A model generated the notes under the pieces. It did no database searches, had not been told where the DNA came from, and was given only the letters and a program-made list of their open reading frames with translations. A stretch of 62,093 nt of DNA, filler included. It is 6 parts of 6 records of this genome, joined end to end, with 100 filler letters (N's around TTAATTAATTAA, not from the genome) between each part and the next. Parts side by side here need not be neighbours in the genome. Positions count along the whole stretch, not along the records: positions 1 to 31,070 come from SRR31156797_43643; 5 more parts are not named here. One strand, written 5' to 3'. The translations under genes were made by a program, and so were the position numbers. Positions 10,055-18,728 of the stretch are shown piece after piece (the stretch's first letter is position 1; every line of letters begins with the position of its first letter).

Positions 10055-10636
10055 ATGAAAGGGATGGACAAACAGACCTTGCGTACAACGCTTCTGAAAC
10101 AACGTGACAGCCTCACCCCGGAACAGGTATGTGATGCCAGCCGAAAGGTCTTGGAACACATTCGTACCCTGCCACGATGGAAGGACGCCACCGAAGCACT
10201 TATATACTGGCCCATCAGGGGGGAAGTGGATTTGCGTCCTTTGGTCACCGAACTATGGCAACGTGACTGTCGAGTACTCCTGCCACGATGTCATCCCGGC
10301 GCAAACGGCAAGATGGATCTGGCCTGCGCAACGTGTGAGGGAGACCTCACTCCCGGCCCGTTCTCCATCATGGAACCGGACGCAAAGAAATGTCCGCCCA
10401 AACAGGATTTCTGTCCGGACATCGCTCTCATTCCCGGTGTTGGATTCGACCGCGCTGGCAATCGACTCGGCTTTGGCGGCGGCTACTATGACCGACTTTT
10501 AACCACTGCAAACATGCAAAACACTCTGACCGTGGGCATTGGCTACGATTTTCAATTCGTGGAAGCTCTCCCCACCGAACCATGGGACAAACCCATGCAC
10601 GCGGTCTGCACGGACAAGGAATTATGGCGGCCATAG
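10055..10636 (+). CDS. ygfA: 5-formyltetrahydrofolate cyclo-ligase (start may be 10064)
   Basis: IPGVGFDRAGNRLGFGGGYYDR signature. Confidence 0.92.
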   Translation: MKGMDKQTLRTTLLKQRDSLTPEQVCDASRKVLEHIRTLPRWKDATEALIYWPIRGEVDLRPLVTELWQRDCRVLLPRCHPGANGKMDLACATCEGDLTPGPFSIMEPDAKKCPPKQDFCPDIALIPGVGFDRAGNRLGFGGGYYDRLLTTANMQNTLTVGIGYDFQFVEALPTEPWDKPMHAVCTDKELWRP

Positions 10637-11391
10637 CGTTCTTCCCCTATCAGTTCATCGACATTCCCAATGTTGCCTGCGCCTTCACCTCTCGCCGGGG
10701 CGGAATCTCCGAACCACCCCACGATTCGGCGAATCTCTCCTTTGACGTCAACGACGACGAACAGGCCGTGCAAAACAATCGACGCGCCATTTTTGACCGT
10801 CTGGAATTGAACGGCTGGTGCGAACTGAACCAAATTCACGGCGATATAATTCATTGTGACCTGGAACCAACACAGCCCGAAATCCACGCAACTCTCGACG
10901 GAGATGGCTTGACCACGGCCACTCCCGGCATTGGACTGGTCATCAAGACCGCAGACTGTCAGCCCATCCTGCTCGCCCATCGTTCCGGCAAATATATCGC
11001 CGGCCTTCACGCTGGCTGGCGCGGCAACAAGATTAACTTCCCCGGTTCTGGAGTCCGTCGTTTTTGCGAGCAGTACGATCTCAAGCCCAAAGACATCTTC
11101 GCAGTACGCGGCCCGTCCCTTGGTCCCGATGCCGCCGAATTCGTTAATTTTGATTCAGATTTTGGTCCGAACTTCAAAAAATATTTCAATGCCTCCACCA
11201 ACACCGTTAACCTGTGGCAGATTACCCGCGACCAACTCATGGATGCAGGACTGCCTGAAAATCAGATCTTCGGCATGGATCTCTGCACCATGGGCTTGGA
11301 CGATACCTTTTTCTCATACCGCAAAGCCTGCAAGACCCCGAACCGGGATACCGGCCGGCAAGCAGGTATTATCTGGATACGTGGAGAATAA
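10624..11391 (+). CDS. pgeF: YfiH/PgeF family purine nucleoside phosphorylase (laccase-like domain)
   Basis: LNQIHG, KTADCQPILL, HAGWRG, FFSYR motifs. Confidence 0.9.
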   Translation: MAAIAFFPYQFIDIPNVACAFTSRRGGISEPPHDSANLSFDVNDDEQAVQNNRRAIFDRLELNGWCELNQIHGDIIHCDLEPTQPEIHATLDGDGLTTATPGIGLVIKTADCQPILLAHRSGKYIAGLHAGWRGNKINFPGSGVRRFCEQYDLKPKDIFAVRGPSLGPDAAEFVNFDSDFGPNFKKYFNASTNTVNLWQITRDQLMDAGLPENQIFGMDLCTMGLDDTFFSYRKACKTPNRDTGRQAGIIWIRGE

Positions 11392-11394
11392 ACC

Positions 11395-11571
11395 ATGGGC
11401 TTATTTATCAAACTCATCATCGTACTCGGACTGATCTTTCTCATTATCAGCCAATTCACCAAATCCAAGGTGGAACGGGCGCACCGCCGTGACAAATGGA
11501 CCAACGTGCTGTTGATCATCGTTATCGTTATGCTCGGATTGTCCATTCTGTCCAACTTCCTGACGCGGTAA
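11395..11571 (+). CDS. Small two-TM membrane protein (58 aa), below the ORF-track cutoff
   Basis: Hand translation MGLFIKLIIVLGLIFLIISQF...WTNVLLIIVIVMLGLSILSNFLTR; GGAG RBS; fills the gap between pgeF and the radical SAM gene. Confidence 0.7.
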   Translation: MGLFIKLIIVLGLIFLIISQFTKSKVERAHRRDKWTNVLLIIVIVMLGLSILSNFLTR

Positions 11572-11575
11572 TGTT

Positions 11576-12937
11576 GTGACTCGACCTGATTTCCCGCATA
11601 TCCCCTGGACCAAAGGGGACGGCCCCCGCATTCTCGGCATCAACCCGTGGATACATGACTTCGCGGCCTTCAATGTCTGGTCACGACCAGTAGGCTTACT
11701 CGCCTGTCTTGACATGGTGCGCAGGGCGGGAGCATCCGTGGCACTCATGGACTGCCTGAACCCCACATGGGGAGACGTGCATTGGCCCAAACCGGGCAAG
11801 TACGGCACCGGCCATTATCCCAAGGAAGAAATAGCACTCCCCGAGCAACTGTCTTTCATGGACCGACGATTCTCTCGCTATGGACTGCCACACGAACAGG
11901 TACGCGAAGCACTGACCGCGCTTGATCCCAAACCTGATGCAGTCATGGTCTCATCCATCATGACCTACTGGTATCCCGGCGCGCTGGACGTACTCGACAT
12001 GGCCGCTGAACTCTGGCCGGATACGCCCCGTTTTCTGGGCGGCGGTTATGCCTCCCTGTGTGCGGACCATGCAAAAAAACACGCGAACGCACACCTGCAA
12101 CAAGGCCCGCTTGAACGTTCAGACAACTGGGCTGATTTCTGGAGTCGCATTAATTCATCGATTCCACAATTGCCCGACAATGCAGGACTTTCATTAGCAC
12201 TCGATTTATACGAAGACCCATCATACTCGATTATTCTCGGATCAAGAGGCTGCCCATTTTCCTGCGAATACTGCGCGAGTCATGCTCTGTACCCCAACTT
12301 CTGCCAAGGGGCGCCCAATGCGATCATGCGATCCATACAATCAGAGTATGACCGAGGAGTACGAGACTTCTCCTTTTATGACGACGCCCTGCTGGTTAAC
12401 CCCAAACAATGGCTCTGGCCTGTGCTCGACCAAATTACCAAACACGCTCCTGACCTCCGGCTGCACACGCCCAACGCCATGCACATCCGTAGGCTTACAC
12501 CAGAGGTCTGCACCAGACTCAAGGCAGCCGGTTTACACACTGTTCGACTCGGACTGGAGACCACAGATTTTGACCACCGCAACGACGTCAAACTCACCTG
12601 CGAAGAGTGGGAATCCGGCGCTCGCAACCTTCTGGATGCCGGATTCGATCTTGACGACATCGGCGTCTATATTCTGTTCGGCCTGCCAAATCAGGACCTC
12701 GACAACGTGGCCCATGCGGTTGAGCATGTCCGCGCCTTCGGATTCCGTCCACATTTGGCCCATTACACGCCCATTCCCGGTTCACCCATGTTTGAGACTG
12801 CCTGCGCAGCTAGCCCATATCCACTAGCCGATGACCCGCTATTCCAAAACAACTCCATCTGGCCCTGTGTCCCCGGTGGATTCAACTGGGAAAAAGCTCG
12901 AAAATGGAAACGACTGCTTCATGGTGAGACAGGCTAA
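11576..12937 (+). CDS. B12-binding-domain radical SAM protein
   Basis: SRGCPFSCEYC (CxxxCxxC), FYDDAL, and an N-terminal B12-binding-like region. Confidence 0.85.
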   Translation: MTRPDFPHIPWTKGDGPRILGINPWIHDFAAFNVWSRPVGLLACLDMVRRAGASVALMDCLNPTWGDVHWPKPGKYGTGHYPKEEIALPEQLSFMDRRFSRYGLPHEQVREALTALDPKPDAVMVSSIMTYWYPGALDVLDMAAELWPDTPRFLGGGYASLCADHAKKHANAHLQQGPLERSDNWADFWSRINSSIPQLPDNAGLSLALDLYEDPSYSIILGSRGCPFSCEYCASHALYPNFCQGAPNAIMRSIQSEYDRGVRDFSFYDDALLVNPKQWLWPVLDQITKHAPDLRLHTPNAMHIRRLTPEVCTRLKAAGLHTVRLGLETTDFDHRNDVKLTCEEWESGARNLLDAGFDLDDIGVYILFGLPNQDLDNVAHAVEHVRAFGFRPHLAHYTPIPGSPMFETACAASPYPLADDPLFQNNSIWPCVPGGFNWEKARKWKRLLHGETG

Positions 12938-12983
12938 TTGAATAGCCTGACAAACACCTGAAGCAGCCGCTTAACGGCTCAAC

Positions 12984-13865
12984 TTATTTTGCGGTAAAGG
13001 TCAGGGTGGCCCCGTAATTGACCGACGTCACCTTTCCATAAAGATCTTTCAGGGGACCGTCTTTTGTTACGGGTTCGTTATGAAAAACATTCACAACCCA
13101 TTGCCCAACACTTTGCACCTCAAACTGGGCTTTTCCTTCAGATATATATGAGAACAGCTCAAATCCCTTCCCCTGCCCAAATGAAGGGCTGAATGCTGTC
13201 ACATATTCAATTCCGGTAGGGCCGTACGATAATGGTTTTCCCAGAAAACGGACATCCACTTCCACCAAATCACCCACTTTCACATTGGAAAGATCAGTCA
13301 GGGGAGTAATTTCCAACCCATGCCCCACAGGTTTGGGACTGATCCATTTTTCTACAGAAAAATACGATTTGGCAAAAGCCTGATATTGGACGGAAAAGAG
13401 CACTTTCTCGATATCCTTAACCTCATTTTGAGGCTTCAAAGCCAGACGAGTTCGTCCTTTGGAGTCGATGTACCGGGTATATGATTTAATTTCCGTTTTT
13501 GCCGCCGCCAGATATGTACCGGGTGTCGTGTTCTTGTTAAATGCGATTTTCTGACAAGCGGTGTCTGCATCAAAAATCCCAACATCAGACGTTTTTGCAA
13601 AAGGCTTTGTCACTTTTGACGCAGGAATATGCAACGAAATAACTTTACCGGCCGGGTCGGTCAGAGAAAAATCCTTGACGACGGTTCTGGCATTCACACT
13701 ATTCGTCATGTCATCAATGGGTAGGGAGTGCCCCCACCCGATAGATACCGTGGTGTGACCGGGCTTATGCGTGAAGGATTCAAAGGCATTCACCCACAAC
13801 ATATGCGCATGGGCGGGAGCAACCAGCAGCAACAAGGCTATAATAGCTTGAGATACTATTTTCAT
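12984..13865 (-). CDS. Periplasmic DUF4198 (NikM-like) protein
   Basis: Signal peptide ending AHA-HMLWV; GWGH; AFAKSY; GLEITPL. Confidence 0.8.
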   Translation of the reverse strand: MKIVSQAIIALLLLVAPAHAHMLWVNAFESFTHKPGHTTVSIGWGHSLPIDDMTNSVNARTVVKDFSLTDPAGKVISLHIPASKVTKPFAKTSDVGIFDADTACQKIAFNKNTTPGTYLAAAKTEIKSYTRYIDSKGRTRLALKPQNEVKDIEKVLFSVQYQAFAKSYFSVEKWISPKPVGHGLEITPLTDLSNVKVGDLVEVDVRFLGKPLSYGPTGIEYVTAFSPSFGQGKGFELFSYISEGKAQFEVQSVGQWVVNVFHNEPVTKDGPLKDLYGKVTSVNYGATLTFTAK

Positions 13866-13958
13866 TTTCTCTTTCCTTTTTCATTGAGTACTTTCATGAT
13901 CGAATAAAAAGAATCTGTCCGCACAGCGTATTACACGCCATGCGGACAACACGCATGA

Positions 13959-16025
13959 TTAGAATCTGTAGGTCAAAGTCAGACCGGTGCTCCGAGGTTC
14001 CCCGTCTTGAACGAGTGACCCCATATAAGCCATCCGGCTGACGACGTAGCTTTCGTTGAACACGTTGTTCGCCCACAAAACGGCATCAACATCTTCCCAT
14101 GAATAACCGACCTTGAGGTTCACGGTCTTATACCCATCCACCTTTTGGGTGTTTTCCGAGTCGCAGTAATAACTCCCTGTTCCCAGAAGATCACCACGCA
14201 GGAACAGGCCGTTCATGGCCCGATATTTCGCTCCCAGATTGTAGGTATACTTAGGGGCGTTGGGTAAATATTTGCCTTTGTAATCAAAACTATTGCCGCC
14301 AGGGCGCGGTGCTACCCAGTTGTCAAATTTGGCCTCAGTGTATCCAACTCCACCAAAAAACTCGATTTCGTTCCATGGACGAGCCGAAACTTCCAACTCA
14401 AGTCCGTTGGAGGACGCCTGAGCGGCATTCGAAACCCGTCTCAGTGTAGGAGCACCACCAACCGGCCATTCAATCACCTGCTTATCCTTGATGTCGATGT
14501 GGAAAAGTGCGGCGTTGACGGTAAGACGGCTATCCCAGAAAGCAGACTTGAAGCCGGCTTCATAGCTGGTGGTATGTTCTGGCTTGAAATACATGTCATC
14601 AGCATTGTTCCCCATGTGGAAGTTGTACCCTCCGGACAGGAACCCCTTGGAATACGTTCCATAAGCCATGATATCATCAGTCAAGTCATAAGCTATCGAT
14701 AACTTCGGCAAGAACTCATCATTAGTCTCTGAATGAGAATACTTGGGCGTTGCAGCAAATTGGTTGGTTTGTTTTCCTTCCAAATTCTGATGTTCGTAAC
14801 GAGTCCCCACAGTCAGATGCAGACTGTCAAACAGTGTATATGTAGCCTGCCCGAAGACGGCCACTGTTCCGATATCTATATCCGTATCGCGCACCGCGAA
14901 ATATGCGGGGGTGTGTGATTTCGCAAACGTCTTGTCCTTGGAACCGAACAGGCCGACCAACCATTCCAACGCTTTCCCATCATTGGGAGACGACAGCCTG
15001 AGTTCTTGATTGTAGGAAACGCTGTCGAACGTGAAGTCTTGATTTCCAAAATTAAAAGGGCCGAAGTCCGCGTCATTGAGAATTTCGGTCCGATAATCGC
15101 TTCGGCTTGTAATGGAAAGCAGGTCGAAATGTTTGCCGCTGTATTTGGCTTTGAGAACTTGATTATTACTGTCCGTGTCCCAGTCGTTTCCGCCATTCCA
15201 GTTGGACTTATGCTTGTCGCTGGCTCCAGCGCCAGATTCATAGCGCAACCATGCATATTTATTCCTATTTTTCTCTGCATCCACGATGACTGAAATATCC
15301 CACACCTGTGCAGGAGTCCAACGCAAAGAAACCCTACCGAGCTTCTGATCATACTCGGCAGCACTTTTGTCCCCATCATAAATATTTTCCATGTAACTAT
15401 CAGAGGTTTTACCCTGAAACGCGACACCAACAAACAGCTCGTCTTCCAAAATAGGACCGCTCACGTTACCACCCGCTCGGTACAGGGGGACGGCCTTGCC
15501 TATGTCATAAAATCCGTATTCACCAAAGATTTTGCCGCGCAACTCGTTGTCCGGCTGCCGGGTGATGATATTAACAGCGCCGGATTCTGTATTTTTGCCG
15601 TACAAAGTGCCTTGAGGACCGCGTAAAACCTCGACACGTTCGACATCCAAAAGGGCAGGGTTTTGCATTCTATTAATGGCATACGGGATATCATCGACAA
15701 AAAGGCCAACTGCCGGACTTAATGCGGTATTCATGGTTGATATCCCTCGTATGACCATGGACCGATTATCGAGTGACTGGGTTGAAAATACATTAGGAGT
15801 ATACTGAATCAATTCCGACAAATCAGTAATCCGAGCTTCCTCAATATCAATTCCCGTGACAACATTCATGCTGACGGGAACATCCTGAACATTCTCCTCC
15901 CGTTTCTGAGCCGTGACTGTTACCCCTTTCAACCTCACTTCCTGATCACCCTCTGCAAAGGCATGACTCGTGAAAAGAAAAAGCGTCGTCAATGCGACGG
16001 CAAGAGTGACATATCGTGCAAACAT
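13959..16025 (-). CDS. TonB-dependent outer-membrane receptor (FyuA-like)
   Basis: Signal peptide, VTVTAQKREE TonB box, VERVEVLRGPQGTLYG plug, C-terminal TYRF. Confidence 0.93.
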   Translation of the reverse strand: MFARYVTLAVALTTLFLFTSHAFAEGDQEVRLKGVTVTAQKREENVQDVPVSMNVVTGIDIEEARITDLSELIQYTPNVFSTQSLDNRSMVIRGISTMNTALSPAVGLFVDDIPYAINRMQNPALLDVERVEVLRGPQGTLYGKNTESGAVNIITRQPDNELRGKIFGEYGFYDIGKAVPLYRAGGNVSGPILEDELFVGVAFQGKTSDSYMENIYDGDKSAAEYDQKLGRVSLRWTPAQVWDISVIVDAEKNRNKYAWLRYESGAGASDKHKSNWNGGNDWDTDSNNQVLKAKYSGKHFDLLSITSRSDYRTEILNDADFGPFNFGNQDFTFDSVSYNQELRLSSPNDGKALEWLVGLFGSKDKTFAKSHTPAYFAVRDTDIDIGTVAVFGQATYTLFDSLHLTVGTRYEHQNLEGKQTNQFAATPKYSHSETNDEFLPKLSIAYDLTDDIMAYGTYSKGFLSGGYNFHMGNNADDMYFKPEHTTSYEAGFKSAFWDSRLTVNAALFHIDIKDKQVIEWPVGGAPTLRRVSNAAQASSNGLELEVSARPWNEIEFFGGVGYTEAKFDNWVAPRPGGNSFDYKGKYLPNAPKYTYNLGAKYRAMNGLFLRGDLLGTGSYYCDSENTQKVDGYKTVNLKVGYSWEDVDAVLWANNVFNESYVVSRMAYMGSLVQDGEPRSTGLTLTYRF

Positions 16026-16232
16026 TGTTTCTCCTTATTTATGAAATTCTGAATAGCCCTTCAGCAGTAAGGTGAAACTGTTAGCAAAATCCGACAAAAA
16101 TGAGTGGCACAAACGTCCAAATTTTACCCACGATCGTCTGTAAAAATGATAAAATCGGCTCTTATCAGCCAAAAATGGACGTTAGAGGCGCGAAATCGCG
16201 TAAAAGGAAGAATGAGTTTTGCAAAAAAAGAA

Positions 16233-17201
16233 TCAACAACGGCTGTTCGTGCGAAGAAATTCCTTCGGGGTTTTCAAAAAACGCGCCGAAAAAAGCTTGG
16301 AGAAATAACCGACACTTTCGTAGCCGACCCAGTAGGCAGCCTCGTTGACATTGCAGCGCCCTTCTTTCAGCATCTTTTTGGCGGAGGCAAGTCTATAGTC
16401 GCGCAGGTACTCCAAAGGGGTGCACCCATGCACGAGTCTAAAAGAGGAATGGAGCTTACTGCGACTCAAACCGACGGCACTGCATAAGGCAGAAAGATCC
16501 GGTGGGCTCTGCATATCCTGAACCAACAAATCAGCAGCGTATTGAACTCGCTCTTCATCGGCAGGCCTCACCGTAGCAGTCCTGCTCATTCCTTTCCGAC
16601 GACTATTTTGAATCTGTTCAAGCTTGTAACTCATCAGCTCCAGAGTCTTGCTCTCCAAAAACAGGGAACGGACCTTTCCTCGGTACGGGCAGTTCAAGAC
16701 CTGAAGCAAGGTATGGCGCATGACAGAAGTAAGCTTGTCCGACGCGACAATCGTTTTTTGCTGCTGTAGCCCTTCCCAAAAAAGGGAAAAGGATTCCTCG
16801 TCATCACGAGTCATATTAGTCAAGACGTTCTTATTCATGAGGATCCACACCTTTTGGCACCTTTCCGGAAAAATTTTAACTCTCATATCAACGGTTTCAG
16901 GAAAGACAAAATGACCATTCATATTCGGAACGACCTTCATAGACCGTTTGTAGGATGGGGAAGCCGATTCGGAATGTCCCCTGAGAATAAAACCCATCCC
17001 CACAGATTGCGATGAGCATTGCTGGTGAATGACGGCCGGTTTGTTAAAAGCAACATCCATGACCACCAAATTCAACCCTGACGCAAAGGATTCCATAGAA
17101 AAGTTTCCGGTACCGATAGGTTTCGGGCAATGAAAAAAGACGTGGCCTGGATTGCTCGAAGGGACAAGCGGTTCGGCTTCGAATGTTTGGATGTCCGACA
17201 T
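16233..17201 (-). CDS. AraC family transcriptional regulator (PchR/YbtA-like)
   Basis: LFLESKTLEL and a C-terminal double HTH (VNEAAYWVGYESVGYFSKLF). Confidence 0.9.
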   Translation of the reverse strand: MSDIQTFEAEPLVPSSNPGHVFFHCPKPIGTGNFSMESFASGLNLVVMDVAFNKPAVIHQQCSSQSVGMGFILRGHSESASPSYKRSMKVVPNMNGHFVFPETVDMRVKIFPERCQKVWILMNKNVLTNMTRDDEESFSLFWEGLQQQKTIVASDKLTSVMRHTLLQVLNCPYRGKVRSLFLESKTLELMSYKLEQIQNSRRKGMSRTATVRPADEERVQYAADLLVQDMQSPPDLSALCSAVGLSRSKLHSSFRLVHGCTPLEYLRDYRLASAKKMLKEGRCNVNEAAYWVGYESVGYFSKLFSARFLKTPKEFLRTNSRC

Positions 17202-17214
17202 AATTACACCATTT

Positions 17215-17233
17215 GATTTTGATTTTCATTATC
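17215..17233 (-). promoter_or_regulatory. Fur box upstream of the AraC regulator
   Basis: GATAATGAAAATCAAAATC on the minus strand, 16/19 match to GATAATGATAATCATTATC, 13 nt upstream of the ATG. Confidence 0.75.
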
Positions 17234-17350
17234 ATGAATTTTGAAAGTCTTTACTCTTTTCACCGCAAGGAGTAAAGCCTGTCGCTCAGCAAAAAAAGAT
17301 TCCGCTCCCCCTCGCTTTGACCCGATGCTCTTTGTATGGGAAACTACCCC

Positions 17351-17761
17351 ATGTTCAACTTCGCGCAGATCGTGTCTGAAGCCCATATCAAACGGGCAAT
17401 CAAGGAAGGAAAATTTGACAACCTTGAAGGGAAAGGCAAGCCACTTCCCAAGGATGAAGCTGAAAATTTACCACCTGAACTGCGAATGGCGTATCGAGTG
17501 CTAAAAAGTTCTGGCTATGTTCCGGCTGAAATAGCTGAAGAAAACGAAATCGTACGCACCATAGATCTTCTGGCACACATGAAAGACGAACAGGAACGGT
17601 ATCAACAGATGCAAAAACTGAACGTCATGATATTAAAGATGAACGAACGACGCGGCCGTCCGGTCCAGCTGGATGATTCGGATGAATATTATCACCGCAT
17701 TGTAGAAAAAGTACGGATCGCAGAAAAACGATTCGGCACCACCCATAAAAACAACGAGTAA
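17351..17761 (+). CDS. DUF1992 domain protein
   Basis: IKRAIKEGKFDNLEGKGKPL...PPELRMAYRVLKSSGYVP. Confidence 0.85.
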   Translation: MFNFAQIVSEAHIKRAIKEGKFDNLEGKGKPLPKDEAENLPPELRMAYRVLKSSGYVPAEIAEENEIVRTIDLLAHMKDEQERYQQMQKLNVMILKMNERRGRPVQLDDSDEYYHRIVEKVRIAEKRFGTTHKNNE

Positions 17762-17764
17762 ATC

Positions 17765-18673
17765 ATGCATAAATTTGGAATGGTCGCACTGATCGGCCCG
17801 CCTAACGCCGGCAAATCCACCCTGATGAACACCTACCTTGGACAAAAGGTAGCCATTGTATCCCCCAAGCCGCAGACAACACGCAATCGTATCAGCGGCA
17901 TCCTGACCGAGGAAGATGCACAGATCGTATTTCTGGACACACCCGGTATCCACCAACTGCGCGGTAAGATGAATCGGTTTCTGCTGGAATCAGCCTGGAA
18001 TGCCCTGTCCTCATCAGATGCCGTGGTCGTGCTCATCGATGCGGCCCTGTACTGTGCCAAACCACACCTGCTGGAAAAAGAAATTGTTCCGTTGGTCAAA
18101 CCCATCAGCGAATCCGGCAGACCTGTGTTGGTAGCTGTCAACAAGATTGACCGGGTCAAGGAAAAGGACAAACTCCTGCCGCTCATGGCCCGCGTGGCCG
18201 AAATGTGGCCCGAAGCCGAGTATATCCCGGTGTCTGCCCTGCGCGGGAAGGGAACGGATCAACTCATGGACCGCATCCTCTCTCTTCTGCCCGAAGGCCC
18301 TCCCATGTTCCCGGAAGACCAAATTTCCACGGCTCCCATGCGCTTCATGGCATCCGAAATCATCCGTGAAAAGCTGTTCTATTCTCTCAGACAGGAACTT
18401 CCGTACTCCACAGCCGTTGAGATCGAACAGTGGGATGAAGAATCTCGAGACGACATGATCATCGTTAATGCAGTCATCTACACCTCTCGTAAAAGCCACA
18501 AAGGCATGATCATTGGCAAACAGGGATCAAACCTTAAACGCATCGGCACAGACGCTCGAAAAGACATCAGTGAACTGACCGGCTCAAAAGTTCATCTGGA
18601 ACTCTGGGTAAAGGTACGCGAAGGCTGGACGGAAGATCCGGGATTCCTCAGGGCCATGGGACTGGGAGAATAG
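17765..18673 (+). CDS. era: GTPase Era
   Basis: [19 protein letters not shown] domain (KGMIIGKQG). Confidence 0.97.
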   Translation: MHKFGMVALIGPPNAGKSTLMNTYLGQKVAIVSPKPQTTRNRISGILTEEDAQIVFLDTPGIHQLRGKMNRFLLESAWNALSSSDAVVVLIDAALYCAKPHLLEKEIVPLVKPISESGRPVLVAVNKIDRVKEKDKLLPLMARVAEMWPEAEYIPVSALRGKGTDQLMDRILSLLPEGPPMFPEDQISTAPMRFMASEIIREKLFYSLRQELPYSTAVEIEQWDEESRDDMIIVNAVIYTSRKSHKGMIIGKQGSNLKRIGTDARKDISELTGSKVHLELWVKVREGWTEDPGFLRAMGLGE

Positions 18674-18728
18674 TTCTACTTCAAATATAACCCACTTGCG
18701 AAAATCTTGAAATAATGCACCATGGGCC

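Noticed and set aside
9933-10060. Possible 6S RNA upstream of ygfA
   Set aside because: Short divergent intergenic region with no long rod structure visible
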